Part shown: positions 9,656 to 19,599 of the stretch, in pieces
Layout: each line of letters begins with the position of its first letter
How positions within the stretch are numbered: position 1 is the first letter of the stretch
Assembly: GCA_965223155.1 (NCBI GenBank)
Contig: CBDCVR010000014.1
Coordinates: 1,184,001-1,248,000 of the forward strand
Length of the DNA: 64,000 nucleotides
Direction: 5' to 3'
Origin: Candidatus Multivoradales bacterium
Lineage (GTDB): Bacteria; Acidobacteriota; Thermoanaerobaculia; Multivoradales; JAHEKO01
The notes under the pieces: model-generated
What the model was told of the DNA's origin: nothing
Database searches by the model: none
What the model saw: only the letters and a program-made list of their open reading frames with translations
Made by a program: the position numbers and the translations under genes

Positions 9656-12600
9656 GTGAGCCGCTCCCGCCAGTCTCTCGCCCAGCCTTCGAGCGGGCCC
9701 CGGACCAATCCGCTCGTGCGGTTCGCGGTCGAGCGGCGGGTGACGATGACGATGGCCGTTCTGGGCGTCTTCGTCCTGGGCTGGATCTCGCTCACGCGGC
9801 TGCCGCTCGAGTACCTGCCCAGCTTCTCGTCGTCTTCGATCACGGTCATCGCCAGCTACCCGTCCGCTTCCCCGGAGGAGGTGGAGCGTGAGGTGGTGCG
9901 GCCGCTCGAGGAATCGCTCGGCACGATCAACGGCATCGACGTCTTGGGCGCGAGCGCCACCGCCGACTCGGCCCGGGTGAGGCTCGAGTTCGTGGACGGC
10001 ACCGACATGGATTGGGCGGCGGTCGAGGTCCGGGACCGCGTCGACCGCGTTCGCCATCTCCTGCCCGACGATCTCGAGCGCATCTGGATCCGGCGCTTCC
10101 AATCGAGCGACATCCCGGTGCTGCGCTTCGATCTGTCGGCGCCGTGGCCCGAGGAACGCCTCTACAACTTCACCGAGGACATCCTGCTGCCGCGGCTGGA
10201 GCGGCTCGAAGGCGTGGCTCAGGTCGACATCGGCGGCACCCGCGCGCCCGAGCTTCAGATCAACATCGACCCGGACCGGCTGCAGGCTCATGGCGTCGGC
10301 CTGCGCGAGCTCCGCGCCGCTCTCGCCGACAACCACGTCAATCTCTCGGCCGGCGAGATCCGCGACGGCAACCGCAAGCTCCTGGTCCGGACGGTCGGCG
10401 AGTTCGAGAATCCGCGGGCGATCGCCGAGCTGCCGCTCCGGGCCTACGGGCTGCGGCTGGGCGACGTCGCGGACGTGGAGTACGCCTTCCCGGAGAAGGA
10501 GAACTTCAACTTCCTGAACGGCGTCGCCGCGGTCACCGTGTCGATCAACAAGACCTCGACCGCCAATCTTCTGCGGGTCGTCGAGCGAGTCAAGACCGAG
10601 CTCGCGACAATCGAACGGATGCCCGCCTCCGAAGGCTCCAAGTTCCGGATCTACCAGGACGCTTCGCTCGACGTGCAGAAGGGCCTGGGCCAGCTCCGCA
10701 ACGCAGGATTGATCGGCGGCCTGCTCGCGATCCTGGCCGTCTTCCTCTTCCTGCGCCGGCTCCAGACCACGGCACTCGTGGCCATCGCCATCCCGATCTC
10801 AGTGATCGCCACCTTCGTCCTGATCTTCATGCTCCGGCAGGCGGGAGTCCTGGACTTGACCCTCAACGTCATCAGCCTGGCCGGCCTCATGCTGGCTCTG
10901 GGCATGCTCGTGGACAACTCCGTCGTGGTCATCGAGTCGATCTTCCGGCACCGCAACGAGCTGGGCGAGGACGCGCGCACGGCGGCGCTCGCCGGCACCG
11001 CCGAGGTCGCCTTGCCGATCACCGCCTCGACCGCCACCACGATGTGTGTCTTCCTGCCCCTCATCTTCCTGTCCGGCGGAGCGCGCTTCAAGCTCTATCT
11101 GGCCAACATCGGCTGGACGGTCTGTATCGTCATGGTGGCCTCCCTGGTCGCGGCGCTGACGGTGGTGCCAATGGTCGCGGCGGTCATCTTGCGCGGCCAG
11201 AGCGCCCACAGCAGCCGCTGGGTCGAAGCTCTCCAAAGCAGCTACGGCCGCGTCCTGCGCCTGACGCTCCGCCATCGCTTCGCCTTCGTGGCGTCGATGC
11301 TGTTGCTCCTGGCGGGCACCTTCTATCTCTTCACCACCATCGAGCGCTCGTTTTCGGCGCGCTCGTTGGAGCGGCAGATCATCGTACGCGTGGATACGCC
11401 GCGCCAATATTCGCTCGACCAGACGGCCGCGCTTTACGACGAGGTGTATGAGCTCCTCGACGCCAACCGCGAGGAGCTCGAGATCGCCGACATCGCCTAC
11501 AACTACGACCGCTCCACCGGCCGCTCGCGAGCGAGCTGGCGGCGCAACCGCCAGTTTGACGTCTACCTCAAGGACGAGAGCGAAAGCCGCATGACGACCG
11601 CCGAAGCCACCGCCAAGCTGCGAACGCTTCTGCCCTCCAAGGCGGGCGTCGATCTGCGCATCGCCACCCAGGCCGGCCGCCACGGGACCTCGGGCGTCGA
11701 GATCAAGCTCATGGGCGACGATCCGGCCGTCTTGGAGCTCTTGGCCGACCGCGTCGCCCAGAGCCTGGCGGGCCTGCCCATGATCCGGGACGTGGACACG
11801 TCGCTCGAAAGCGGCGACGAAGAGATCCGGGTCGGTTTCAGCCCCGAGCGGACCGATCAGGCCGGTCTCACCGGCCAAGCCATCGCCGCCACCGTCGCCG
11901 GCGCCCTCTCGACGCGAGCCGTCACCCGCTACAAGACCGAGGATCGCGAGATCGGCATGGTGGTCCAGTACCGGCCGGAGGACCGGGAGACGCTCGAGCA
12001 GCTCAAGAACGTCCCGGTGCTCGCCACCCAGGCCGAGCTCCCGCTCGGCGCCCTGGCCGATTTCGAGACCGTGGAGGGGCCAAAGGCGATCGAGCGCGAG
12101 AACCGGCAGGCGCAAGTCACGGTCTCGGCCAATGCCATCGACGCCCGCTCGACCTTCGGCGCCATGCGCGCCATCGGCGGCATCCTGGGGTCTCTGCCCT
12201 TCCCGCCCGGCTACAGCTGGAGCTTCGGCCGCTGGAACCGCTTCATGCAGCAGGACCAGGACAGCGGCCTCTACGCCCTGCTGTTCGCCCTGCCCCTGGT
12301 GTACATGCTGCTTGCCGCTCTGTTCGAGAGTTTCGTCCAGCCTCTGGCGATCATGCTTTCGGTGCCCTTCGCTCTCTTCGGGGTCGCGGTCTCGATGAAG
12401 GTCGCGAACCAGCCCTGGGACACGATGACCATGCTCGGCCTCATCATCCTGCTGGGAGTGGTGGTCAACAACGCCATCGTCCTGATCGATCACATCAACA
12501 ACCTGCGCGCGGGCGGGCGGGCGCGAGACGAGGCCATCGTCCTGGGCGGGCAGCACCGCATGCGGCCGATCATCATCACCGCCGTCACCACGATCCTGGG

Positions 12601-12886
12601 CCTGTTGCCGATGATCGCTCCCTTCCTTCTGCCCCAAGTGTTCGGGGCGGTCGAGGGACGGGCCGCGAGCTGGGCTCCGATCGGGCTGGTGATCGTGGGC
12701 GGGCTCACCACCTCGACCTTTCTGACGCTCCTGATCTTGCCGACGGTCTACTCCCTGGTTGACGACGCTTCGATCTTCGCCCGGCAGGTCGCGAGCCTTC
12801 TGAGGCCGGAGATCGACGGACCCGCCGACCGGAACCGGGCCGACCGGGACCGGGACGGCTTGGAAGCCGAACCCCAAACGCTATAG
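9656..12886 (+). CDS. RND efflux permease subunit 1 (AcrB/SwrC-like)
   Basis: 1076 aa with two TM bundles; GMLVDNSVVV.E, GVVVNNAIV, RMRPI..T..TT. Confidence 0.93.
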   Translation: MSRSRQSLAQPSSGPRTNPLVRFAVERRVTMTMAVLGVFVLGWISLTRLPLEYLPSFSSSSITVIASYPSASPEEVEREVVRPLEESLGTINGIDVLGASATADSARVRLEFVDGTDMDWAAVEVRDRVDRVRHLLPDDLERIWIRRFQSSDIPVLRFDLSAPWPEERLYNFTEDILLPRLERLEGVAQVDIGGTRAPELQINIDPDRLQAHGVGLRELRAALADNHVNLSAGEIRDGNRKLLVRTVGEFENPRAIAELPLRAYGLRLGDVADVEYAFPEKENFNFLNGVAAVTVSINKTSTANLLRVVERVKTELATIERMPASEGSKFRIYQDASLDVQKGLGQLRNAGLIGGLLAILAVFLFLRRLQTTALVAIAIPISVIATFVLIFMLRQAGVLDLTLNVISLAGLMLALGMLVDNSVVVIESIFRHRNELGEDARTAALAGTAEVALPITASTATTMCVFLPLIFLSGGARFKLYLANIGWTVCIVMVASLVAALTVVPMVAAVILRGQSAHSSRWVEALQSSYGRVLRLTLRHRFAFVASMLLLLAGTFYLFTTIERSFSARSLERQIIVRVDTPRQYSLDQTAALYDEVYELLDANREELEIADIAYNYDRSTGRSRASWRRNRQFDVYLKDESESRMTTAEATAKLRTLLPSKAGVDLRIATQAGRHGTSGVEIKLMGDDPAVLELLADRVAQSLAGLPMIRDVDTSLESGDEEIRVGFSPERTDQAGLTGQAIAATVAGALSTRAVTRYKTEDREIGMVVQYRPEDRETLEQLKNVPVLATQAELPLGALADFETVEGPKAIERENRQAQVTVSANAIDARSTFGAMRAIGGILGSLPFPPGYSWSFGRWNRFMQQDQDSGLYALLFALPLVYMLLAALFESFVQPLAIMLSVPFALFGVAVSMKVANQPWDTMTMLGLIILLGVVVNNAIVLIDHINNLRAGGRARDEAIVLGGQHRMRPIIITAVTTILGLLPMIAPFLLPQVFGAVEGRAASWAPIGLVIVGGLTTSTFLTLLILPTVYSLVDDASIFARQVASLLRPEIDGPADRNRADRDRDGLEAEPQTL

Positions 12887-12904
12887 CCTCGGCCTCCTTC
12901 GGCA

Positions 12905-14284
12905 ATGATCAGGCACCGGCACCAGCGCTCTCTCAGACTCGGCCAACTCGGCCAACTCGGCCGACTCCGTCGCTTCGGCGGCTTCGGCCGCGGGGCGCTC
13001 CTGGGCGCCGGAACCGTACTCCTGGCCCTGGCGGCCGGGGCCTGCGGCGGCAGCGGCGGCGAACAATCCGCCGACCGGGGCCGTGAAGCCCGCGGCGGCG
13101 GCTCCGAGGCCACCCGACCGGATCGCTCCGGCCGATCGGACCAATCGGGCCAATCGGGCCAGGCGGGCCGACCCGGCCAGACCCAGGGCGGTGGCGGCGA
13201 ACGCGCGGGCCGGCGGCCCGGCGGCGGCCGCCCAGGAAGCGGCGGGCCGGGAGGAAGCTCGACCGCGATCCCGGTCGAAGTAGCGCCAGCCGAGCGGGCT
13301 TCGATCTCGTCCTACATCCAGGGCAGCGGGACGCTCGAGGCCGACAACGAGGTGGACATCGTCGCGCGCACGTCAGGTCCGATCGTCGAGCTCCGTACCG
13401 AGGAGGGCCGCCGAGCCGGTCGCGGGGAGCTCCTGGCCCGGATCGAAGACGACGAGGCTCGGGCCCAGCTCGAGATCTCGCGCGTGACCCTCGAGGAGGC
13501 CGAGAGCGCCTTCGAACGGGCCGAGAGCCTCAAGGCCAATCAGCTCATCAGCCCCGAGGAATACGATCGCGTGCGCTCGGAGCTCGACACCGCCCGGGCC
13601 CAGTTCACCGCGAACCGGCTCCAGGTTGACTACACCCAGATTCGGGCCCCATTCGCCGGGCTGATCGTCAACCGTTACGTAGACCGGGCCCAGCAGGTCG
13701 GCCCGGGCGCCGCGCTGTTTCGCATCTCGGATTTCGATCCCCTGCTCTGCCCGGTGCAGGTTCCCGAGCGCGAGCTGCCCAAGCTCGCCATCGGCCAGAC
13801 GGCCTATCTGACCGTCGAGGCTTGGCCGGACGAGCGCTTTCCCGCTCGCGTGCTGCGTTTGAGCCCGGTCGTCGACTCTTCGACCGGAACCATCAAGGTG
13901 ACCCTGGACGTCGACGGCAGCGGCCAGCTGCGCCCCGGAATGTTCGCCCGGGTCTTCCTCGAGACCGATACCCACGAGGAAGCGGTAGTGATCCCCAAAG
14001 CGGCGCTCTCTCTCGAGAGTCTCGGAGACGCGGTCTTCGTCTTGGACGGCGGCGTCGCCCGCCGGCGCGACGTCGTCTTGGGCTTCGAGGAGGGCGAATC
14101 GGTCGAGGTTCTCTCCGGCGTTGCCGTGGGCGAAGAGGTCATCGTCGTCGGACAGGACGGACTTGCCGACGGCACTCAGGTCCAGGTGCTGGCGCCGGTC
14201 GCGACCGAAACAAGCGCGGCGGCACCGGCCGGTGCCGATCGCCAATCCTCGTCACGACCCGCCACTGGATCCAAGGGCTCCTGA
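12905..14284 (+). CDS. RND periplasmic adaptor (membrane fusion protein), probable lipoprotein
   Basis: AAGAC lipobox-like motif, IRAPFAG, LRPGMF, lipoyl/hairpin layout. Confidence 0.92.
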   Translation: MIRHRHQRSLRLGQLGQLGRLRRFGGFGRGALLGAGTVLLALAAGACGGSGGEQSADRGREARGGGSEATRPDRSGRSDQSGQSGQAGRPGQTQGGGGERAGRRPGGGRPGSGGPGGSSTAIPVEVAPAERASISSYIQGSGTLEADNEVDIVARTSGPIVELRTEEGRRAGRGELLARIEDDEARAQLEISRVTLEEAESAFERAESLKANQLISPEEYDRVRSELDTARAQFTANRLQVDYTQIRAPFAGLIVNRYVDRAQQVGPGAALFRISDFDPLLCPVQVPERELPKLAIGQTAYLTVEAWPDERFPARVLRLSPVVDSSTGTIKVTLDVDGSGQLRPGMFARVFLETDTHEEAVVIPKAALSLESLGDAVFVLDGGVARRRDVVLGFEEGESVEVLSGVAVGEEVIVVGQDGLADGTQVQVLAPVATETSAAAPAGADRQSSSRPATGSKGS

Positions 14285-14337
14285 GATCCGGGGCTCGGAA
14301 TGGCGAACTCTCCGGCGCCGCGTCCGTAGTTCCTGGT

Positions 14338-14916
14338 ATGAGAACGACTTCGAACCAAGGTCCCACGCGGCTCGTGCTCGCGCTGACGGCCGTGCTCGCC
14401 ATCTCGTCCGCCCAGAGTGCCCTCGGCCAGCGCGGCGACTGCCGGGGAGCGGTGGCCACCACCTGGGAGATCCGGATCACGTCACCCGAGGAAGCGGGCA
14501 AGCCCCTGACGGTTTCGGGAACGGTCTTCGCCGCCGACGGCGAGACGCCGCTGCCCGGAGTCACGGTTTTCGTCTACCACACCGATGCCGAGGGCTACTA
14601 TTCGCCGAACGGCGCCGACGAGTCAGACGCTCGCCTGTGCGGAGTCATGAAGACCGACGCCCGGGGCCGGTACCGGTTCCACACGATCCGCCCGGCGAGC
14701 TACCCGGGAACGCGGATTCCGCAGCACGTCCACTTCGTGGTCTCCGGCGAGAACCTTCGAACCCAGCGCTTCGACCTGCACTTCGAAGGCGACCCCAGCC
14801 TTCGCGGCCGCCGTTCGAGCGGACGCTGGGCCAAGATCCAGCCGGTGACCGAGATGGAAGACGGCGGCCAGCAGGTGCTCAAGGACCTGCGGCTAGCCGC
14901 TCCAGCCTCGCGCTAG
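14338..14916 (+). CDS. Secreted intradiol dioxygenase-like protein
   Basis: Signal peptide; YHTDAEGYY, TD..GRY.F.TIRP.SYP, HVHF. Confidence 0.8.
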   Translation: MRTTSNQGPTRLVLALTAVLAISSAQSALGQRGDCRGAVATTWEIRITSPEEAGKPLTVSGTVFAADGETPLPGVTVFVYHTDAEGYYSPNGADESDARLCGVMKTDARGRYRFHTIRPASYPGTRIPQHVHFVVSGENLRTQRFDLHFEGDPSLRGRRSSGRWAKIQPVTEMEDGGQQVLKDLRLAAPASR

Positions 14917-14926
14917 CGGTTCCGGC

Positions 14927-15487
14927 TCAGCTCGGCCACAGCCAGCCGAACACGCCGGCGGTTACCAGTGCGTAGACGATCCCATCCGCGACGTGCTTCG
15001 CGGTGGTCGTCCAGGACTGGTACTTCCAGATCGAATCCACCAGGTTGCCGAGGGCGTAGCCGACGAGAGCAACCGTGCCGACGAAGCGGAAGACTGCCAG
15101 GTAATGAGCTCCGGGGCCAAGCGCCCGGCCCGCCACGTAGGCGGCGAAAACTCCAATCAGAAGGCAGTAGACGAACCACATCACCAGGTTGCTGCCCATC
15201 GAGATCGGCCCATTGGGGATCACGGTCATGACCGCCACCGGCCCCTCCTTGTACTTCTCCTGCATCTCGGGCGTGTTGAGATCCTTCATGTCGGCGGGCC
15301 GCGGGATCGAATAGTGTCCGGGCGCGACGCCCACGCCACGCAACGCCGCTCGCAGCTCGTCCTCCTTGGGGTGCATGGCGTAGTCGGAGTTGTGGTACCC
15401 GAGCACCATGTGAATGATCGAGCTGACCACGAAGACAAAGACGGCGGCGACCAGAATCGGCAGCCACAAAGCCGGTAGTGGAACCAT
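14927..15487 (-). CDS. Conserved hypothetical membrane protein
   Basis: About 4 TM segments; strong RBS GGAGGAGG before ATG 15487. Confidence 0.75.
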   Translation of the reverse strand: MVPLPALWLPILVAAVFVFVVSSIIHMVLGYHNSDYAMHPKEDELRAALRGVGVAPGHYSIPRPADMKDLNTPEMQEKYKEGPVAVMTVIPNGPISMGSNLVMWFVYCLLIGVFAAYVAGRALGPGAHYLAVFRFVGTVALVGYALGNLVDSIWKYQSWTTTAKHVADGIVYALVTAGVFGWLWPS

Positions 15488-15712
15488 GAATTCCTCCTCC
15501 TTGAAAGCCACCCGCTGGCCAACCGGCCAACCGGCGGCGAGTTCTCATCGCTGGTTGATCCAAGCTTACCAGCGCCCAGGATCACGACCGGCGGCGCGTG
15601 CTACGATCCCGTCCCGAAAGCCGACGCAGCCGGGTCCCGGGGCCGGTCCCGAGACCGGCTCCTGGAGCGCCGATCGAGCCGCGCCGCGCGAGCTCGGGCC
15701 GCCACCAAGGCC

Positions 15713-18700
15713 ATGAAGATCGTCGAGTTCTCAACCCGCCGCCCGGTCTCGGTCTTCATCTTCGCGCTTGCCGCAGTGGTCTTCGGCTGGGTGTCCTTTC
15801 AGCGGCTGGCCCTCGATCTCCTTCCCGACATCACCTACCCCTCGGTCACGGTTCGCACCGAGTTCGAAGGCGCGGCGCCGGTCGAGGTCGAGAACCTGAT
15901 CAGCCGCCCCATCGAGAACGCCGTGGGTGTCGTCAATAACGTGGTGCGGGTGTCGTCGAGCTCGCGCTCGGACGTCAGCGAAGTGGTGCTGGAATTCAGT
16001 TGGGGCACCAACATGGACCTTGCCGCCCTCGACGTCCGGGAGCGCCTGGACGTCTTGCAGCTTCCCCAGGAAGCCGAGCGGCCGGTCTTGCTGCGGTACG
16101 ACCCGGCGCTAGATCCGATCCTGCGCCTGGGTCTCGCGGGCGACGAGGACCTGATCCGGCTTCGTCTCCTGGCCGAGGAACAGGTCAAGCGAGCTCTGGA
16201 GCGGATCGAGGGAGTGGCCGCCGCGGTGGTCTCCGGCGGCCTCGAAGAAGAAATTCAGGTCCGCATCGACGAGCGCCAGCTCGCCGGCCAGGACCTGGAC
16301 GTTGGCCGCGTCGTCGAGCGGCTGGCCCAGGAGAACGTCAACCTGACCGGCGGCCGGCTGCGCGAAGGCCAGACCGAGTTCATCGTGCGCACGGTCAACG
16401 AGTACCTGCGCGCCCAGGACCTCGAAGACGTCATCCTCTCCTCCTCGGGTGGAGCCGTGCTGCGTCTGCGGGATGTCGGGCGGGTAGTGCGGAGTCACAA
16501 GGAGCGCGAGATCGTGACCCGCATCAACGGGCGCGAGACGGTCGAGATCGCGGTCTACAAGGAGGGCGGCACCAATACCGTCGCGGTCTCGGACGCGGTC
16601 CAGGATCGGATCCAAGAGATTTCCGCCCGGCTCAAGCAGTCCGATCCCAGCCTCGAGCTGGTGGTCGTTACCGACCAGGCCCGCTACATCCGGCAGTCCA
16701 TCTCGGAGGTCTTGAAGACCGCTCTCATCGGCGGACTCCTCGCCATTGCCGTGCTGTTCGCGTTTCTCAGGAGCTGGAAGACGACCGCGATCGTGGGCCT
16801 GGCGATCCCGATCTCGGTGGTGGCCACCTTCTTTCTCATGTACGCCTTCGGCATCTCGCTCAACATCATGTCGCTGGGGGGCCTCACCTTGGGCATCGGT
16901 CTCTTGGTCGATAACTCGATCGTGGTCCTCGAATCCATCCAGCGCCGCCGGGAGCGGGGCTTGAACGTGGTCGAGGCAGCCGAAGCCGGCACCGGAGAGG
17001 TCGGACGCGCCGTCGTCGCCAGCACCATGACCACAATCTGCGTCTTCGTTCCGATCGTCTTCGTCGAAGGCATCGCCGGCCAGCTCTTCGGCGATCAGGC
17101 CTTGACCGTTACCTTCTCGCTGGTGGTCTCGCTCCTGGTGGCGCTCACCGTGATCCCGATGCTGGCCTCGCGGCGGTTTCGGCCGGACGCCGGGCCCGGC
17201 GAGAAGCAAGCGCACGAAACCCCGCGCGTGGGGCGCGCTGCCCGAGCGACCGCCGCCGTGCTCCGGCCCTTCCTGGCCGTGACGCGCGCCGTGGCCGGCG
17301 CCGTCCACCGGTTGCTCGAACCCGTTCTCGGCGTCATCGCCAAACTGCTGGACCGGATCCGGGACGGGTACGGGGTCGTCCTGGACGGGGCCCTGGCACG
17401 GCCCCTGGTGGCCGTAGCACTGGCGCTCGTGCTTCTGGCGGGAACCCTCCTTCTCGCCCCCAGACTGGGCCGCGAGCTGGTGCCGGAGCTGGTGCAAGGC
17501 GAATTTTTCGTCGACCTCGAGCTGCCACCGGGAACCAACCTGGAGGTCACCGACCGCCGGATGCGTCACATCGAGCGCGCCGCCGCCGAGCTGCCTCGAA
17601 CCGCCACCGTCTACGCCATCGCCGGTGCCTCGAACGAGCAGGGAGGCTCGGCCGGCGAGACTCGCGAGAACATCGGCCAGATCACCGTGGTTCTTGCTCC
17701 ACCGACGGACCGGGAGCTGGAAGACGGGCTCATCGAGGAGCTGCGCTCGACCCTGGACGACCAGCAGGAGCTCGACTACCGCTTCGCTCGGCCTTCGTAC
17801 TTCAGCTTCCGCACGCCGGTCGAAGTCGAGATTCGGGGATTCAACCTGGGCGTTCTCCGGCGGCTGGCGGCCGAGTTGACCCGCACCATGGGCTCGATCC
17901 CCGGCCTCGAAGACGTCAAGTCTTCGGCCGAAGGAGGCAACCCGGAGCTTCAGATCCGATTCGACCGCACGCTCTTGGCAAAGTACGGCCTCTCGATTGC
18001 CGACGTCGCTCCCGTGGTCCGCACCAAGATCCAGGGAGCGGTCGCCACCGACATCCAGCGGCAGGACCGAGCCATCGACATCCGGCTTCAGGCGGCCGAG
18101 GAATACCGCAACAGCGCCGACGATCTGGCCCGGCTCATCCTGGCTCAAGCCGGCGAGACCCCGATTCCACTGTCAGCGGTCGCCCGGATCCAGGAAGTCG
18201 AAGGGCCGGCCGAGATTCGCCGCGCCGAAGGCGAGCGGGTAGCGCTTATCACCGCCAACCTCGCCGGCCGCGACCTGGCAAGCACTTCACAGGACATCCG
18301 CCGGGCCCTCCAAGCGATGGACATGCCGAGCGGTTTCGACTGGGAGATCGGCGGCCAGCAGCAAGAAATGGATGTTTCCTTCCGGTCGATGCGTCTGGCG
18401 ATCCTGCTGGCGATCTTCATGGTCTATCTCGTGATGGCCTCTCAGTTCGAGTCCCTCCTCCATCCCCTGGTGATTCTGCTGAGCGTTCCGTTCGCCCTGG
18501 TCGGGGTTCTCCTGGCGCTGTGGCTGGCCCGGGTGAATCTCTCGATCGTGGTCCTGATCGGAGCGATCCTCTTGGCCGGAGTCGTGGTCAACAACGCCAT
18601 CCTGCTGGTCGACTACGCCAACCGCCTTCGCCGCCGGGGAGAGAAGAAGATCGAGGCGCTACGCCAGGCCGGCCGCGTGCGGTTGCGCCCCATCCTGATG

Positions 18701-18871
18701 ACCACGTCCACCACGGTCCTGGGCCTGGTACCCATGGCCATCGGCCTGGGCGAAGGCTCCGAGCTCAGAAGCCCGATGGCCCTGACCGTGATCGGAGGGC
18801 TCCTGACCTCGACCCTGCTGACCCTGGTGCTGGTGCCCGTCGTCTACAGCCTACTCGACCGGCGGCCGTAG
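15713..18871 (+). CDS. RND efflux permease subunit 2
   Basis: 1052 aa; GLLVDNSIVV.E, SQFESLLHP, GVVVNNAIL, RLRPILMT. Confidence 0.94.
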   Translation: MKIVEFSTRRPVSVFIFALAAVVFGWVSFQRLALDLLPDITYPSVTVRTEFEGAAPVEVENLISRPIENAVGVVNNVVRVSSSSRSDVSEVVLEFSWGTNMDLAALDVRERLDVLQLPQEAERPVLLRYDPALDPILRLGLAGDEDLIRLRLLAEEQVKRALERIEGVAAAVVSGGLEEEIQVRIDERQLAGQDLDVGRVVERLAQENVNLTGGRLREGQTEFIVRTVNEYLRAQDLEDVILSSSGGAVLRLRDVGRVVRSHKEREIVTRINGRETVEIAVYKEGGTNTVAVSDAVQDRIQEISARLKQSDPSLELVVVTDQARYIRQSISEVLKTALIGGLLAIAVLFAFLRSWKTTAIVGLAIPISVVATFFLMYAFGISLNIMSLGGLTLGIGLLVDNSIVVLESIQRRRERGLNVVEAAEAGTGEVGRAVVASTMTTICVFVPIVFVEGIAGQLFGDQALTVTFSLVVSLLVALTVIPMLASRRFRPDAGPGEKQAHETPRVGRAARATAAVLRPFLAVTRAVAGAVHRLLEPVLGVIAKLLDRIRDGYGVVLDGALARPLVAVALALVLLAGTLLLAPRLGRELVPELVQGEFFVDLELPPGTNLEVTDRRMRHIERAAAELPRTATVYAIAGASNEQGGSAGETRENIGQITVVLAPPTDRELEDGLIEELRSTLDDQQELDYRFARPSYFSFRTPVEVEIRGFNLGVLRRLAAELTRTMGSIPGLEDVKSSAEGGNPELQIRFDRTLLAKYGLSIADVAPVVRTKIQGAVATDIQRQDRAIDIRLQAAEEYRNSADDLARLILAQAGETPIPLSAVARIQEVEGPAEIRRAEGERVALITANLAGRDLASTSQDIRRALQAMDMPSGFDWEIGGQQQEMDVSFRSMRLAILLAIFMVYLVMASQFESLLHPLVILLSVPFALVGVLLALWLARVNLSIVVLIGAILLAGVVVNNAILLVDYANRLRRRGEKKIEALRQAGRVRLRPILMTTSTTVLGLVPMAIGLGEGSELRSPMALTVIGGLLTSTLLTLVLVPVVYSLLDRRP

Positions 18872-18920
18872 CACGAGCACCGAGCCGGGAGCTCCCAGCC
18901 ACACCGGCCCGACCAACGGA

Positions 18921-18992
18921 ATCAACCGGATCAACCGGATCAACCGGTTCAACCGGATCAACCGGATTGGGCGGATCGGGCGGATCGGGCGC
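18921..18992. repeat. Intergenic 9-bp tandem repeat, 8 units
   Basis: (A/T)TCAACCGG x5 followed by AT(T/C)GGGCG(G/C) x3, between convergent genes. Confidence 0.9.
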
Positions 18993-19526
18993 CTACTGAG
19001 ACTCGGTGACGTCGATCTTGCAGACGATCCGGTCGCCGGCCGCGAGCTTGCCCTTCACCAGAACCGTCGCCTCGCCGATGATGGCGGAGCCGGTACCGGC
19101 CAGAATGCCCAGCGGGGAGACCTCGCGGTTCAAGAGCTTGGCCTGAATCCCGTTCTTGAGCTTGCCGCCGAGTTTCGGAACGTTCAACTGGGTGCCGCCG
19201 CCGCCCAGGAACTTGATGTTCGAAAAGGTGACCTTGTTGTTGCCGACGAAGTTTCCGTCGGCGTCCCTGCGGTCGCACTCGGCAAAGATCTCGTAGGTCA
19301 CCGACCCCGGCCGGTAGTGCGGAATCCAGATCCAGAAGATCTTCTGCTTCTTGAGCTTGCCCGCCTTGGTCACCTCGAGATCGAAGAATCCGCCATCCGA
19401 CTGATACAGAAACTGGGCCTCGGCACCCGTCGCCAGCACCACGACGAGCGCGAGTGCCCAGACCACGATCATCGCCGCCTTGCGCGCCGCTCCAGACTGC
19501 AATTTCGTCGATCCGATTCCAGGCAT
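18993..19526 (-). CDS. Hypothetical secreted protein
   Basis: RBS GGAGGGGAGG; signal peptide ending AEA; basic mature part that looks beta-rich. Confidence 0.7.
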   Translation of the reverse strand: MPGIGSTKLQSGAARKAAMIVVWALALVVVLATGAEAQFLYQSDGGFFDLEVTKAGKLKKQKIFWIWIPHYRPGSVTYEIFAECDRRDADGNFVGNNKVTFSNIKFLGGGGTQLNVPKLGGKLKNGIQAKLLNREVSPLGILAGTGSAIIGEATVLVKGKLAAGDRIVCKIDVTESQ

Positions 19527-19599
19527 CGCTTCCTCCCCTCCGGGTTGGTCGTTAGACTCGGCAGTCTATCGCATCCGTTGAGGAGCGCCCCCCCCACTC

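Noticed and set aside
10799-18148. Long antisense ORFs (692 aa and 679 aa) opposite the RND permeases
   Set aside because: Typical antisense shadows of high-GC3 genes with no recognisable motifs
18921-18992. Possible CRISPR array
   Set aside because: Contiguous 9-bp units without spacers; no cas genes in the window
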